A stretch of 64,000 nucleotides of DNA, taken from positions 160,001 through 224,000 of the forward strand of contig CAVYSY010000039.1 in the NCBI GenBank assembly GCA_963771175.1, written 5' to 3'. This document shows, piece after piece, positions 23,123-32,984 of the stretch (position 1 is the first letter of the stretch; each line of letters opens with the position of its first letter). Below the pieces are notes generated by a model. It searched no databases and was not told the origin of the DNA. It worked only from the letters and a program-made list of their open reading frames with translations. The DNA is from an uncultured delta proteobacterium (GTDB lineage Bacteria > Myxococcota > Myxococcia > Myxococcales > Myxococcaceae). The position numbers and the translations under genes are program-made.

Positions 23123-25147
23123 TCACTCCTGTTGGGTTTCCGCCACCTTGCTGGTGCGCTGGGGCTTCTTCATCGGCACACCCCGCACCGTCAGGTCCTC
23201 GAAGGTGCAGACCAGGTTGCGGCACCCCACCGCCACCTTCCCCGCGCGGTCCTGGAGTCCCTCCAGGTACTTGCGCGCGAAGCGCTGGCCGTTGAGGAAG
23301 GCCTCCACCTCCAACCCGGTCTTCTTCTTCCGGAGCTGCAGCTTCACGCGGAAGGGGCCATCCATGGGGACCGGCGTCTCGTCCTCCACGAGGCTCTCCA
23401 CCTCCTGCGCACTGTTGCCCACCACCTCCTTCTCATCCGCGGTGGTGTAGCGCCAGCTCAGCCGCATGCCCGCGCCCGGAATGGCGAAGACGGACACCTG
23501 CAGGCCCGTGATGCGGAAGGCCAGCTCGCCATAGTGCTGCGCATCGGGCTCCTCGGAGTAACCCCGGCCCAACGGGCGCACCCCCATCAGCACCTCGGCG
23601 GAGAAGTCGTCGGTGGAGAAGTAGCGATTCGCCAGGTACGCGCGGGGGATCAGCTTCCCCTTGCCGCCCGAGGTGTCGTTGCCGCCCTGCTGCGCCGTCA
23701 GCTTCCCGCCCGACACCGACCACGCGCCGGCGTGGGCGTTCAGTTCCTCCTCGCCCGCCACGAAGTCCATGTCCAACCGCACGCGCCCGTCCGCCAGTTC
23801 CTCCACCGACGAGGTCGCGAACAGGTCTCCGTTGGTGTTGGCTGGCCAGCGCTTGTCCGCCGGTACCAGCCGGGGGCCCCACGTGCCGACCACCACCTTC
23901 TTGTCCTCGCTCACCTGCACGCCCACCGGGCCCAGCAGCGTCCGAAGCACGAAGGAGGTGACCATGATTCCCCCCATCACCGTGAGCCCCGCGCGAACCT
24001 TGCGCCAGCCCGACTTCAGCCGGCCCTTCACCCCGCCCTCCCGCACCACCGCCCGTGGCTCCGTCACCAGCCCCGAGGGCAGACCGGGCTGCGAGACGCT
24101 CGTGACGAGCCCCTCGAGCGCCTGGCTCACCTCGGCGGCCCGCGCGTAGCGCGCCTCGGGCTCGGTCTCCAGCAGCCGCGCCACCACCGCATCCAGGCGT
24201 GGATCCAGTCCCGGCACGCGCTCGGAGGGCAGCTTGAAGCGCCCCACCGGCAGCTCCCCGGTGAGCATCTCGTAGAGCACCACGCCGAACGAGAACAGGT
24301 CCGCGCGCCCGTCCACGTTCTTCGCGTCCCGCCGCTGCTCGGGCGCCATGTAGTTGAGCGTCCCCATGGCCACCGACGTCGCGGTGAGCTGCAGCCGCGA
24401 GTCCGGCTGGCGGATGCCCGCGAGTCCGAAGTCCGCCACCTTCACGTGCCCGCGCACGTCCAGCAGGATGTTCTCCGGCTTCAGGTCACGGTGGATGATG
24501 CCCTTGTCGTGCGCGCACTCGATGGCCCGTGCCACCTGCAGCGCCACGCGCAGGGCCTCGGGGGGCGACAGCTCGCGCATCACCTCGCGCAGCGAGCGCC
24601 CCTCCACGTACTCCATCACGAAGTAGTAGTGCTCCCCCGCCACCCCGCGATCGATGATCTGGATGATGTTGGGGTGGCTCAGCGCCGCGAGCGCGGTGGC
24701 CTCTTTGTCGAAGCGGGTGACGAACTCGGGATCCTTCGCCAGCCGCGGCGGCAGCACCTTCACCGCCACGCTGCGGCCCAGGGAGATCTGCCGCGCCAGC
24801 CACACCTCGCCCATCCCGCCCCGGCCCAGCACCCGCACCAGCTCGAAGCCCGGCAGCTCCAACGCCGTGCTGACGTAGGTGCCGTCCATCCCGGGCTCCT
24901 GCGCCGAGGACTTCCCCGCCCGGCTGATCACCGTGGCGCCCGAGCCCAGGGCCCCCTCGTCCACGGAAGACGCCGGCGCCGGCCCGAGGCTGCCACGCAC
25001 CATCGTGGCGTCGACGCCCACGCCCGTGGAAGCCGACCCCAGACGCACGACGAACCGGGCCCCACAGGCACATGACACCTCGTGCCCGTCGGCGAGCCCG
25101 CTCACGTCATGCGCACGCGCACAGCCTGGACAGTTCTGGGTCGTCAT
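23123..25147 (-). CDS. Membrane Ser/Thr protein kinase with N-terminal zinc ribbon
   Basis: CPGC...CACG; GRGGMGEV, AVK, HRDLKPEN, DFG, GTLNYMAPE; TM and extracytoplasmic beta domain. Confidence 0.92.
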   Translation of the reverse strand: MTTQNCPGCARAHDVSGLADGHEVSCACGARFVVRLGSASTGVGVDATMVRGSLGPAPASSVDEGALGSGATVISRAGKSSAQEPGMDGTYVSTALELPGFELVRVLGRGGMGEVWLARQISLGRSVAVKVLPPRLAKDPEFVTRFDKEATALAALSHPNIIQIIDRGVAGEHYYFVMEYVEGRSLREVMRELSPPEALRVALQVARAIECAHDKGIIHRDLKPENILLDVRGHVKVADFGLAGIRQPDSRLQLTATSVAMGTLNYMAPEQRRDAKNVDGRADLFSFGVVLYEMLTGELPVGRFKLPSERVPGLDPRLDAVVARLLETEPEARYARAAEVSQALEGLVTSVSQPGLPSGLVTEPRAVVREGGVKGRLKSGWRKVRAGLTVMGGIMVTSFVLRTLLGPVGVQVSEDKKVVVGTWGPRLVPADKRWPANTNGDLFATSSVEELADGRVRLDMDFVAGEEELNAHAGAWSVSGGKLTAQQGGNDTSGGKGKLIPRAYLANRYFSTDDFSAEVLMGVRPLGRGYSEEPDAQHYGELAFRITGLQVSVFAIPGAGMRLSWRYTTADEKEVVGNSAQEVESLVEDETPVPMDGPFRVKLQLRKKKTGLEVEAFLNGQRFARKYLEGLQDRAGKVAVGCRNLVCTFEDLTVRGVPMKKPQRTSKVAETQQE

Positions 25148-26841
25148 CCGCCACGGGAGTTGGTGATCTCCAGCCCGAGCACCCGATACGCCAGGACGCC
25201 CTTTTCCCTGCCCTTCACCTGGGTGACGGGCAGGGGCTCCGCCTCGAAGCCGTTGCCGGCCTTGCGGATGGTGCTCTCGTTGGCCACCACCTCGCCGCCC
25301 TTGGCGAGCCCACACAGGCGCGAGGCCGTGTTCACCGTGTCGCCGATGGCGGTGAACTCATGGCGCTCGGTGCTGCCCATGTAGCCCACGACGGCCTGGC
25401 CGGTGTTCACGCCGATGCCCACCTCGATGGGCGGCTTGCCCGCCGCCATGCGCGAGCCGTTGAGCACCTCGACCGCGTCCTGCATCTCCAGCGCCGCGCG
25501 CAGCGCCCGGGCCGGATCGTCCGGGTGCTGCGAGGGCGGACCCCACACCGCCATCACGCAGTCGCCGATGAACTTGTCCAGGTTCCCCTCGTGACGGAAC
25601 ACCACTCCCGCCATCAGCGTGAAGAACTCGTTGAGCATGGACACCACCTCCTGCGGAGACTCGTTCTCCGACAGGGTGGTGAAGCCGCGGATGTCCGCGA
25701 ACAGGCACGTCACTTCCGCCAGCCGGCTCTGCCGCAGGTCCTCGGTCTCGCCGCGGATCACCGCCTCGGCCACCGCGCGGGACAGGAAGCGGCTGAGCTC
25801 GGCGCGCGTAATCGCCTCGGCCTGGATCTGCTGGGCCAGCGCGGCGTTCTCCAGGGCGATCGCCGCCTGCGCGGCCAGGCCCGAGAGGATGGTCAGATCC
25901 TTCTCCGAGAAGGCGTTGGTCTGCTGGCGCGAGTCCAGGAACAGCACCGCCTCGAGCTGGCCCTTGGCCAGCAGCGGCACCGCCATGGCCGAGCGGATGC
26001 CCTGCGCCACGATGCTCTCCGAGGAGGAGAAGCGCTCGTCGATGATGGCGTCCGCGGTGAGCACCGCCTTGTGCGTCTCGGCCACCTTCTGCAGCACGGT
26101 GTCGGACACCATCACGTTGGCCGGGCTGCTGCCCTGCCGGTACTTCACCGCCACCACGTTGTTGAACTGGCCGTCCGGGCCCCGCTTGAGGACGACGCCG
26201 TGGTCCGCCGTCAGGAGCTGGAAGGCCACCGAGAGGATCTGGTCGAACAGGTCCTCCTGCTGGCCCTTCTGGCTCACCTGGCGGTGGAACTCGTAGGCGA
26301 TGCGCAGCTTCTCGTACTCGCGCTTGAGGGCGGCCAGCTCCTGGATCTGCTCGGCGGGCCGGAAGTTCTGCGGCGCCTGCTGATCCATCTGCGCGAGGAA
26401 CGCGGGGATGGAGTGCGACTGCGCCACCACCGTCACCCGGGGGGCGGCGCGGCCCGGGGGTGGAGGGATGCCATGGGCTCCGACGGCGGCCTGCCCCTGG
26501 GCGACCGAGACCTCCCCCGTGGTGAAGACGAGCTTGGAGGTGCCCAGGGTGATCTCATCCCCCTCGCGCAGCCGCAGCTCGGCGACCCGCCGCCCGTTGA
26601 CGAAGGTGCCGTTGGAGGAGCCCAGGTCGCGCAGGATGAAGTCGCGCCCCATGCGCTCGATGGTGGCGTGCTCCTTGGAGACCTCCCGGTCCACCAGCCG
26701 CACCGTGTTGGACGGGTGGCGGCCCAGCGTCATCAGGTCCCCGAGCGGGAACTCTCCCGTCGAACCGTCCGGAAACCGCCCCTTGAGGTGCGGACCACGA
26801 CTGGGGGTGGACTTGGCAGATGGGGCGGGGACTTGACTCAC
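25144..26841 (-). CDS. FHA-GAF class III adenylate/guanylate cyclase
   Basis: FHA (LGR..SKEHA..GSSNGTFVNG); GAF; FADIRGFT, DKFIGDCVMA, IGDTVNTASR. Confidence 0.93.
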   Translation of the reverse strand: MSQVPAPSAKSTPSRGPHLKGRFPDGSTGEFPLGDLMTLGRHPSNTVRLVDREVSKEHATIERMGRDFILRDLGSSNGTFVNGRRVAELRLREGDEITLGTSKLVFTTGEVSVAQGQAAVGAHGIPPPPGRAAPRVTVVAQSHSIPAFLAQMDQQAPQNFRPAEQIQELAALKREYEKLRIAYEFHRQVSQKGQQEDLFDQILSVAFQLLTADHGVVLKRGPDGQFNNVVAVKYRQGSSPANVMVSDTVLQKVAETHKAVLTADAIIDERFSSSESIVAQGIRSAMAVPLLAKGQLEAVLFLDSRQQTNAFSEKDLTILSGLAAQAAIALENAALAQQIQAEAITRAELSRFLSRAVAEAVIRGETEDLRQSRLAEVTCLFADIRGFTTLSENESPQEVVSMLNEFFTLMAGVVFRHEGNLDKFIGDCVMAVWGPPSQHPDDPARALRAALEMQDAVEVLNGSRMAAGKPPIEVGIGVNTGQAVVGYMGSTERHEFTAIGDTVNTASRLCGLAKGGEVVANESTIRKAGNGFEAEPLPVTQVKGREKGVLAYRVLGLEITNSRGG

Positions 26842-26942
26842 GCGCGAGACCTCTCCGTCTCGGACAACGGCATCACGGGCGGGACACTACCAGAGGCGCC
26901 GGAGCACCGGAACGGCAACGGATGCCTGCCTGGAGGGTTGCT

Positions 26943-27897
26943 TCAGGGCACCACGGGCGTCGGGTTTTCCGGGCCTACCGGAGACGGCCCCGAGGCCAGC
27001 AGAGGGAGCGGGTTCTTGATGGCGAGGCCCACCGAGGGGTACAGGGTGACCCCCCCCAGGTCCCTCGCCTGGCCGAACACCACCGGGCGGCTGTGGACGT
27101 AGCCACCGGTGAGCTCGGCATAGAGGTGCACGTACTTGTAACCCAGGGCGAAGCCCACACTGGCGCCATAGAAGTGGCTGTTGACGCGGGCCGGCAACGC
27201 CAGGTCGAAGCCCGTCACGTTCTTGCCCGCCTGCGAGTAGTCCACCAGCTTCTGGTCCAGCGAGGTGCGGCTGAAGATGTACTTGGGCGCCGCGTACAGC
27301 TTGAAGATGTCCCCCAGGTCCACGCTCATGTAGAGGGGGACCTCGACGTCCCAGCGCGAGAAGCTGTCGAGCTGTACCACCTCCAGCGCGTCCAGGATGG
27401 GGCTCTTGAAGAGGTGGCGGGCGACGCCCACGCCCAGGGCCATGTCGAGCGACTTTCGCCGGGTGGGAGGCAGGTGGGAGTCGTCGGGGTCTCCCCCGTG
27501 CAGCAGGCGCACCTTGCCGTCGAACCGGACGGAGGTGGTGCTCAGGCGCAGGCCCACGTCCAGGGCAGTGGACTCCAGCAGGCCGGCGCGGATCATCAGC
27601 TCCTGGCCGACGCCCGGAGGAGCCAGCGCCAGTGCCATGCCCGCGGTGAGCAGCTTCTGGGCGTCCTCCTCGGCGAGGGCGTAGGGCTGATCCTCGTCGA
27701 TGGCCTTCTTGATGGCCTTGCCCTGGCCGATGCCCTGGTCGATCGCCGTGGCGAGCTGGCCCACCGGGGCGAAGAGGCCCATCCCCCCGGACACCTGGAA
27801 CTGGCCCCGGGCGAGCGGCTTCGCCGTCTGCATCGTGGACAAGGGTGGAGGCACAGCCGGTGGCGGCTAGCAGGGCTAGCAGGGCGAACAATCTCAT
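26943..27897 (-). CDS. Lipoprotein / outer-membrane beta-barrel-like hypothetical (frameshift near 27845)
   Basis: MRLFALLALLAATGC lipobox, then LSTMQTAKPLARG and alternating beta-strand pattern in a shifted frame. Confidence 0.7.
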
Positions 27898-27993
27898 GGC
27901 GGGTCGGGACGTTACGCCGCCAGGTGCCGGCTTGTCAGGCCCCCGACCATTCGTTCCTTCCTCTCGGGGCGCTCTCGCTGTTAAGGAAACCCC

Positions 27994-29610
27994 GTGCGAA
28001 TCAAGCAGAAACCCGAAGATTTCTCCGTCAAGGAGTCCTACCGCTTCGACGAAGTGCCAAGCGGGCGCTACCGCGTCTACCTGATGGACAAGCAGAAACT
28101 GTCCACCTTCGAGGCGGCGGATCGCATCCGCGACGCGTTCGGCCTCAAGCCGGGCTCCATCTCCTACTGCGGCCTCAAGGACAAGCAGGGCCGCACCGAG
28201 CAGCTCATCGCGGTGGAGAGCGCGGACGTGGACATGCAGGATCCCGACCTGCGCCTGAAGTACCTGGGGCGCACGGATCAGCCCCTGTCGGCCGCCAACA
28301 TCACCTCCAACCGCTTCGCCGTCACCGTGCGCTCGCTGCGCGAGGAGTCCGTCGGCCCCCTCAACGTGGCCGCCGCCGAGGTCAACCGCCTGGGCGTGGT
28401 GAACTACTTCGACAGCCAGCGCTTCGGCTCGCTCAAGCACGGCCAGGGCTACATCGCCAAGGATCTCATCCGCGGCGACTTCGAGGCCGCGCTGCGCAAC
28501 TACCTCGCCAAGCCCTCGGAGCTGGACCGCACCGAGGACGCCAAGGTGAAGACCTTCTGGCGCGAGAACTGGGGCCGGTGGGACGCGCGCGTGCCCTTCG
28601 AGGGCTCCCGCAAGTACCACCGCATCCTCAAGTCCCTGCGCGAGCACCCCGACGACTACGTGCGCGCCTTCCTGCAGATCGACTCGGACTACCGGGCCAT
28701 GCTGCTCTTCACCTACCAGAGCTACCTCTGGAACGAGGGCGTGCGGCGCTACCTCCAGCTGCTGCTGCCGCGCGAGCACCTCTTCCCCATGAAGTACCAG
28801 GCCGGCACCCTGCTCTTCCACCGGACGCCGACGCCCGAGGTGCTCCGCACCCTGCGCGACGCCACCTTCCCCCTGCTCGGGCCGGACACCCACATCGAGG
28901 ATCCGAAGGTGCAGGAGGCCGTGAACTGGGTGCTCGGCAAGGAGAAGCTCGCCCTGCAGGACCTGCGCATCGAAGAGGCCTCGCGGATGCTCTTCTTCAA
29001 GAGCGAGCAGCGCCCCCTCCTCGTCTTCCCCCAGAAGCTCGTCATCGGCCGCACCCAGCGGGACGAGCTGAACAGGGGCGACGTCAAGGTCAACGTCGCC
29101 TTCACCCTGCCCCCCGGCGCCTACGCCACCCTCGTCATCAAGCGCCTCTTCCACTTCGAGTACCGGGAGGAGACCCCGCAGCAGATCCGCGAGTCGTGGC
29201 GTGCCCCCGTGGAGGATCGGGACGGGCAGACCGCGGACACGGCCTACGCCCCCCGCGGCCCCCGGAAGGCCCCCGCCCCCACGCCCCCCGTCCAGGCGGC
29301 CAGGGGCCCCGCCCGACGGACCCGAGACACCGAGGAGACCTCCGCCCGGACCCCGGCCCGACGCGCCCCGGCCACCGAGTGGCCCCCCAGCCGGTCCACC
29401 CGGACCCCGGCCCGGCGCACTCCGGCCTCCGAGCCCGCCGCTCCCGCCGAGCAGCGCGGCAGGACCCGGGAGGCCCCCCTCGCCGAGGCCCCCCTCGCCG
29501 AGGCCCGCTCCAGCGGATTCCTCGAGCGCCAGCGCCAGAAGAAGCAGACGAAGCAGCAGGCGCAGAAGGAGCAGGCGGCCAAGCGCGCGGAATCACAGAA
29601 GAAGAAGTGA
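27994..29610 (+). CDS. truD: tRNA pseudouridine(13) synthase TruD with low-complexity C-terminal tail
   Basis: KQKPEDFSVKE, GLKD, NYFDSQRFG, YQSYLWN, FTLPPGAYAT. Confidence 0.92.
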   Translation: MRIKQKPEDFSVKESYRFDEVPSGRYRVYLMDKQKLSTFEAADRIRDAFGLKPGSISYCGLKDKQGRTEQLIAVESADVDMQDPDLRLKYLGRTDQPLSAANITSNRFAVTVRSLREESVGPLNVAAAEVNRLGVVNYFDSQRFGSLKHGQGYIAKDLIRGDFEAALRNYLAKPSELDRTEDAKVKTFWRENWGRWDARVPFEGSRKYHRILKSLREHPDDYVRAFLQIDSDYRAMLLFTYQSYLWNEGVRRYLQLLLPREHLFPMKYQAGTLLFHRTPTPEVLRTLRDATFPLLGPDTHIEDPKVQEAVNWVLGKEKLALQDLRIEEASRMLFFKSEQRPLLVFPQKLVIGRTQRDELNRGDVKVNVAFTLPPGAYATLVIKRLFHFEYREETPQQIRESWRAPVEDRDGQTADTAYAPRGPRKAPAPTPPVQAARGPARRTRDTEETSARTPARRAPATEWPPSRSTRTPARRTPASEPAAPAEQRGRTREAPLAEAPLAEARSSGFLERQRQKKQTKQQAQKEQAAKRAESQKKK

Positions 29611-29635
29611 CGTCGGGCGCCGATTTTCCGGGCGG

Positions 29636-29662
29636 TGCAATCAGGGAACCCATGCTCCGTAG
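29636..29662 (+). promoter_or_regulatory. Putative ECF sigma promoter (autoregulatory)
   Basis: TGCAAT-N16-CGTAG just upstream of GTG 29671; same motif and spacing at 36978-37004. Confidence 0.65.
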
Positions 29663-29670
29663 ACCAGGGC

Positions 29671-30300
29671 GTGAATGCTCTCGCCCTCAACGCAGCAGAC
29701 GTCGCGGACCTCGCCCGAGCCATCGGCATGCTGATGGCCGATGACGCCGCCGCCCCGCCGTGGAAGGCCGATGTGGTGGCCGCCCGGCGGGGGGATCCGT
29801 CGGCCTTCGAGTCGCTCGTCCGCAGTGTGCAGCGCCCGGTGTACGGCCTGGCGCTGCGCCTGCTCGGCAACGAGGCCGAGGCCGCCGAGGTCTCCCAGGA
29901 GGCCTTCCTCCGCGCCTACCAGAACCTGCACAAGTACGACGAGTCGCGCCCCTTCGATCTGTGGGTGATGGCCATCACCCGCAACCTGTGCCTGGACCTG
30001 CTGCGCCGGCGCACCAAGGTGAAGACGGAGGAGCTCGAGCCCATGCGGGAGTTCCTCCCCAGCGGCGAGGCCTCGCTCGAGGAGGGCGCCATCGCCCGCC
30101 AGGAGCACCAGTCGCTGGAGGCGGCCCTCGCCACGCTGTCCGCCGACGACCGGGAGGTGCTCGCGCTCTACTACGTGCAGAAGCGCACCACGAAGGAGAT
30201 CGCCCAGATCCTGGGCTGCGCGCCGGGCACCATCATGGCGCGCCTGTTCCGGGCCCGGGAGAAGCTCCGCAAGAAGATGAGCCCGGAGGAGCCGACATGA
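29671..30300 (+). CDS. ECF RNA polymerase sigma factor
   Basis: GDPSAFESLV, QEAFLRAY, W..AITRNLCLD, EIAQILG..GTIMARLFRAR. Confidence 0.92.
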   Translation: MNALALNAADVADLARAIGMLMADDAAAPPWKADVVAARRGDPSAFESLVRSVQRPVYGLALRLLGNEAEAAEVSQEAFLRAYQNLHKYDESRPFDLWVMAITRNLCLDLLRRRTKVKTEELEPMREFLPSGEASLEEGAIARQEHQSLEAALATLSADDREVLALYYVQKRTTKEIAQILGCAPGTIMARLFRAREKLRKKMSPEEPT

Positions 30301-30809
30301 TGCCCACGTCCATCGAGTGCCCGGACCTCGAGGTGCTCTTCACCGAGCTGGAGTCCGGCGAGCACGGCCCCGCCCTGGAGCACGCGAAGCTGTGCCCCCT
30401 GTGCACCGCCATCATCGAGGAGCACCGGCTGCTGGAGAAGGACCTCTACCGGCTGGCGGATCCGCTCCCCCCGCCGGACCTGGTGCACAAGGTGATGGCG
30501 CGGGTGGCCGTCGAGCCCGTCCCCGTGCGACGCGAGTTGTGGACGGGCCTGAGCATCCTGGGAGTCTCGCTGCTGATGGGGCTCGGGGTGCTGCTCACCA
30601 ACGACGCGGCCCTGAGCGGGGCCGGCACCGCGCTGGCCCGCTTCCTCGTGGACGGCAAGGCCTTCCTCGAGGCGCTGCGCAGTGGCTCCCGCGCCCTGTG
30701 GAGCACCGCGGCCGGACCCGTCGCCGGTCTGCTCGCCGCCCTCCTCCTCTCCTCCCTGTTCGGCATCAAGCGACTGGCCGGCAACGGCCCGACCCCCTCC
30801 GAAGCGTGA
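30297..30809 (+). CDS. Zinc-binding (ZAS-type) transmembrane anti-sigma factor
   Basis: HAKLCPLC (HxxxCxxC), two TM helices, overlaps the sigma stop. Confidence 0.8.
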   Translation: MMPTSIECPDLEVLFTELESGEHGPALEHAKLCPLCTAIIEEHRLLEKDLYRLADPLPPPDLVHKVMARVAVEPVPVRRELWTGLSILGVSLLMGLGVLLTNDAALSGAGTALARFLVDGKAFLEALRSGSRALWSTAAGPVAGLLAALLLSSLFGIKRLAGNGPTPSEA

Positions 30810-30817
30810 GTGTCGCC

Positions 30818-32257
30818 ATGAAAATCTCCAAGCGCCTGTTGCTCCCCGCCCTCCTGCTCGCTTCGCCCCTCGCACTCGCCCAGACGCAGGCCCCCGCGGC
30901 CGCCGCCGAGGCCCCGGCCAAGGACACCATCAGCATCCAGTTCCGCGGCTCGCTGCGGGACGCCCTCCAGAAGATCGCCGAGGAGGGCGGCCTCAACGTG
31001 GTGGTGACGGGAGACCTGGACTCTCCCGCCGAGGTCCGCCTGAAGAACGTCAGCGCCGAGCAGGCCCTGCGCACGGTGGCCCGCGCCTACTCGCTGAAGC
31101 TGGAGGAGGACGGAGGCATCTACACCCTGCGCGCCCAGACGGCCCTGGAGAAGGTCCAGGGCCTCGCGGGGACACCGGCCACCCCGCCCGTGCCCCCGGT
31201 CCCGGCCGCTCCGCCACTCCGGCGACCTGCCCTCGCGCCCCCGCCGCCGGGGCCCTCGGACCTGGCGAACGAGGTGGCCCAGAGCGCCATGGACGACGAC
31301 GAGGTGAAGGAGCGCATGCGGGATCGGATCCGTGAGGTGCGGCGCTCCAACCGGAACAAGGGCTCGCGCGACGTGGTGGCCCGCGGCCGCTCGCTGGAGG
31401 TGAAGGAGGGCGAGTCGGTGGACAGCGCGGTCGTCTACGGCGGCAACCTGACGGTGAAGGGGAACGTGGAGGACGATGCGGTCGTCTTCGGCGGCAACCT
31501 GGAGATCACCGGCCACGTGGAGGGTGACGCGCACGCCTTCGGCGGCAACGTGGTGCTCGGCCCGAACGCGGTGGTGGAGGGCGACGTGTCGTCCTTCGGC
31601 GGCAACGTCATCAAGCAGGACGGCGCGCATGTGGAGGGCAGCACCGAGTCCTTCGGCGGCGCCGACATCGGCAAGCTGGTGGCGGGAGAGCTCAAGGAGA
31701 ACATCCAGAAGGAGACGAAGAAGGCGGCCCGCCTCGATCGCGAGGACGACAAGCGGCACGGCAGCGGCTTCGCGGCCTTCCTGGTGTGGTTCGCGATGCT
31801 CTTCGGGACGGGCTTCCTGGGACAGCTCTTCTTCCCCACGCGGATGAAGGAGTTGGGCGCGGAGGTCAAGGCGCAGCCGGTGAAGAGCGGTGTGGTGGGT
31901 CTGCTGGCGGCGCTGGCGATGATCCCCATCACCGTGGTGCTGACGGTGACGATCATCGGGATCCCCGTGATGATGGCCCTGTGGGTGGTGGCCCTGCTGA
32001 CGACGGCGCTCGGCTTCGCGGCGGTGGCGAGCGAGCTCGGCGCGAGGGTGCCGGTGCTGCGCGGTCGCAAGACGCAGGCGATGGTGCTGGCCTTGGGGCT
32101 GCTCATCCTCCTGGTGGTGGGCCACATCCCGGTGCTCGGCCCGCTCGCGCTGACGCTGGCGACGATGATGGCCTTCGGCGCGGTCATCCGCACCCGGTTC
32201 GGCAACCGCTCGCGGGGCATCCCGGAGCCCATCTTCTCCGAGCACGCACCGGGCTGA
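30818..32257 (+). CDS. Signal peptide + STN-like domain + bactofilin-like beta-helix + multi-TM membrane protein
   Basis: LRDALQKIAEEGGLNVV (STN-like); repeated VxGD/xxxFGGN units; five C-terminal TMs. Confidence 0.8.
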   Translation: MKISKRLLLPALLLASPLALAQTQAPAAAAEAPAKDTISIQFRGSLRDALQKIAEEGGLNVVVTGDLDSPAEVRLKNVSAEQALRTVARAYSLKLEEDGGIYTLRAQTALEKVQGLAGTPATPPVPPVPAAPPLRRPALAPPPPGPSDLANEVAQSAMDDDEVKERMRDRIREVRRSNRNKGSRDVVARGRSLEVKEGESVDSAVVYGGNLTVKGNVEDDAVVFGGNLEITGHVEGDAHAFGGNVVLGPNAVVEGDVSSFGGNVIKQDGAHVEGSTESFGGADIGKLVAGELKENIQKETKKAARLDREDDKRHGSGFAAFLVWFAMLFGTGFLGQLFFPTRMKELGAEVKAQPVKSGVVGLLAALAMIPITVVLTVTIIGIPVMMALWVVALLTTALGFAAVASELGARVPVLRGRKTQAMVLALGLLILLVVGHIPVLGPLALTLATMMAFGAVIRTRFGNRSRGIPEPIFSEHAPG

Positions 32258-32336
32258 GCGGCGCGCTCACCTGAAGGCAGCACCCTCCGGGGGGCGGCAC
32301 GGGGCACGAGGCTCCGGGTCGTCCCCCGAAGTCGTT

Positions 32337-32831
32337 TCAGGCCGGCCCGGCGGCCGGAGGGTGCTTGTGGTGCAGCCCGTGCAGCGCGCCATGCAGGAAC
32401 CCATGCCGCAGCAGCAGCGCGGGGCCGATCGCCATCACCAGGTTGGCCGGGAATGCGCACCCCGCCCCGAGCCCGGTAATCGCCGCGAGGAACACGATGC
32501 ACCCCACCAGGCCGAGCCGCACCTGGTTACCCCGGCCGAACAGCACCGCCAGTCCGCACAGGAGCTGCCCGAGCGCGATGGGCAGCACGAAGAGCGCGGG
32601 ATTCCGGGCGAAGGGCCCCTCGATGAAGGCCTGATAGAGAGGGATCGCCGTGGCCCCGAAGCCCTCCACGTACAGCGATGGATTCATGAGGGCGAGCGCG
32701 GCGTTGACGGCACCCGCGGGCAGGAAGACGACGACCACCGCGAGGCGACCCGCCGTATGGGGCCACCGGGCACAGAGCACGACCATGGCAGCGGCCACGA
32801 GAAGCGAGACGAAATAGCCGGCGAGCATCAT
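32337..32831 (-). CDS. Small integral membrane protein
   Basis: Four to five hydrophobic segments; preceded by a sigma54-like promoter. Confidence 0.7.
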   Translation of the reverse strand: MMLAGYFVSLLVAAAMVVLCARWPHTAGRLAVVVVFLPAGAVNAALALMNPSLYVEGFGATAIPLYQAFIEGPFARNPALFVLPIALGQLLCGLAVLFGRGNQVRLGLVGCIVFLAAITGLGAGCAFPANLVMAIGPALLLRHGFLHGALHGLHHKHPPAAGPA

Positions 32832-32872
32832 GGGACACCTATCGGTTGCGTTGCGGACCTACCCCCACACAA

Positions 32873-32888
32873 AGCAGGGGACGTGCCA
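32873..32888 (-). promoter_or_regulatory. Sigma54 -24/-12 promoter
   Basis: Minus strand TGGCAC-GTCCC-CTGCT about 40 bp upstream of ATG 32831. Confidence 0.6.
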
Positions 32889-32984
32889 CGCCGAGCCCTT
32901 CGGGAGCCCCCCCGCGAGTCCGCGCAACTCCTGCGCGAACGCACGGGAGGAAGGTGCCGCGCCAGTGGGCGGGCTGCTACGACG

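Noticed and set aside
29470..29506. 15-bp tandem repeat GAGGCCCCCCTCGCC and RTPARR repeats in the truD tail
   Set aside because: In-frame low-complexity linker expansion, not a repeat element
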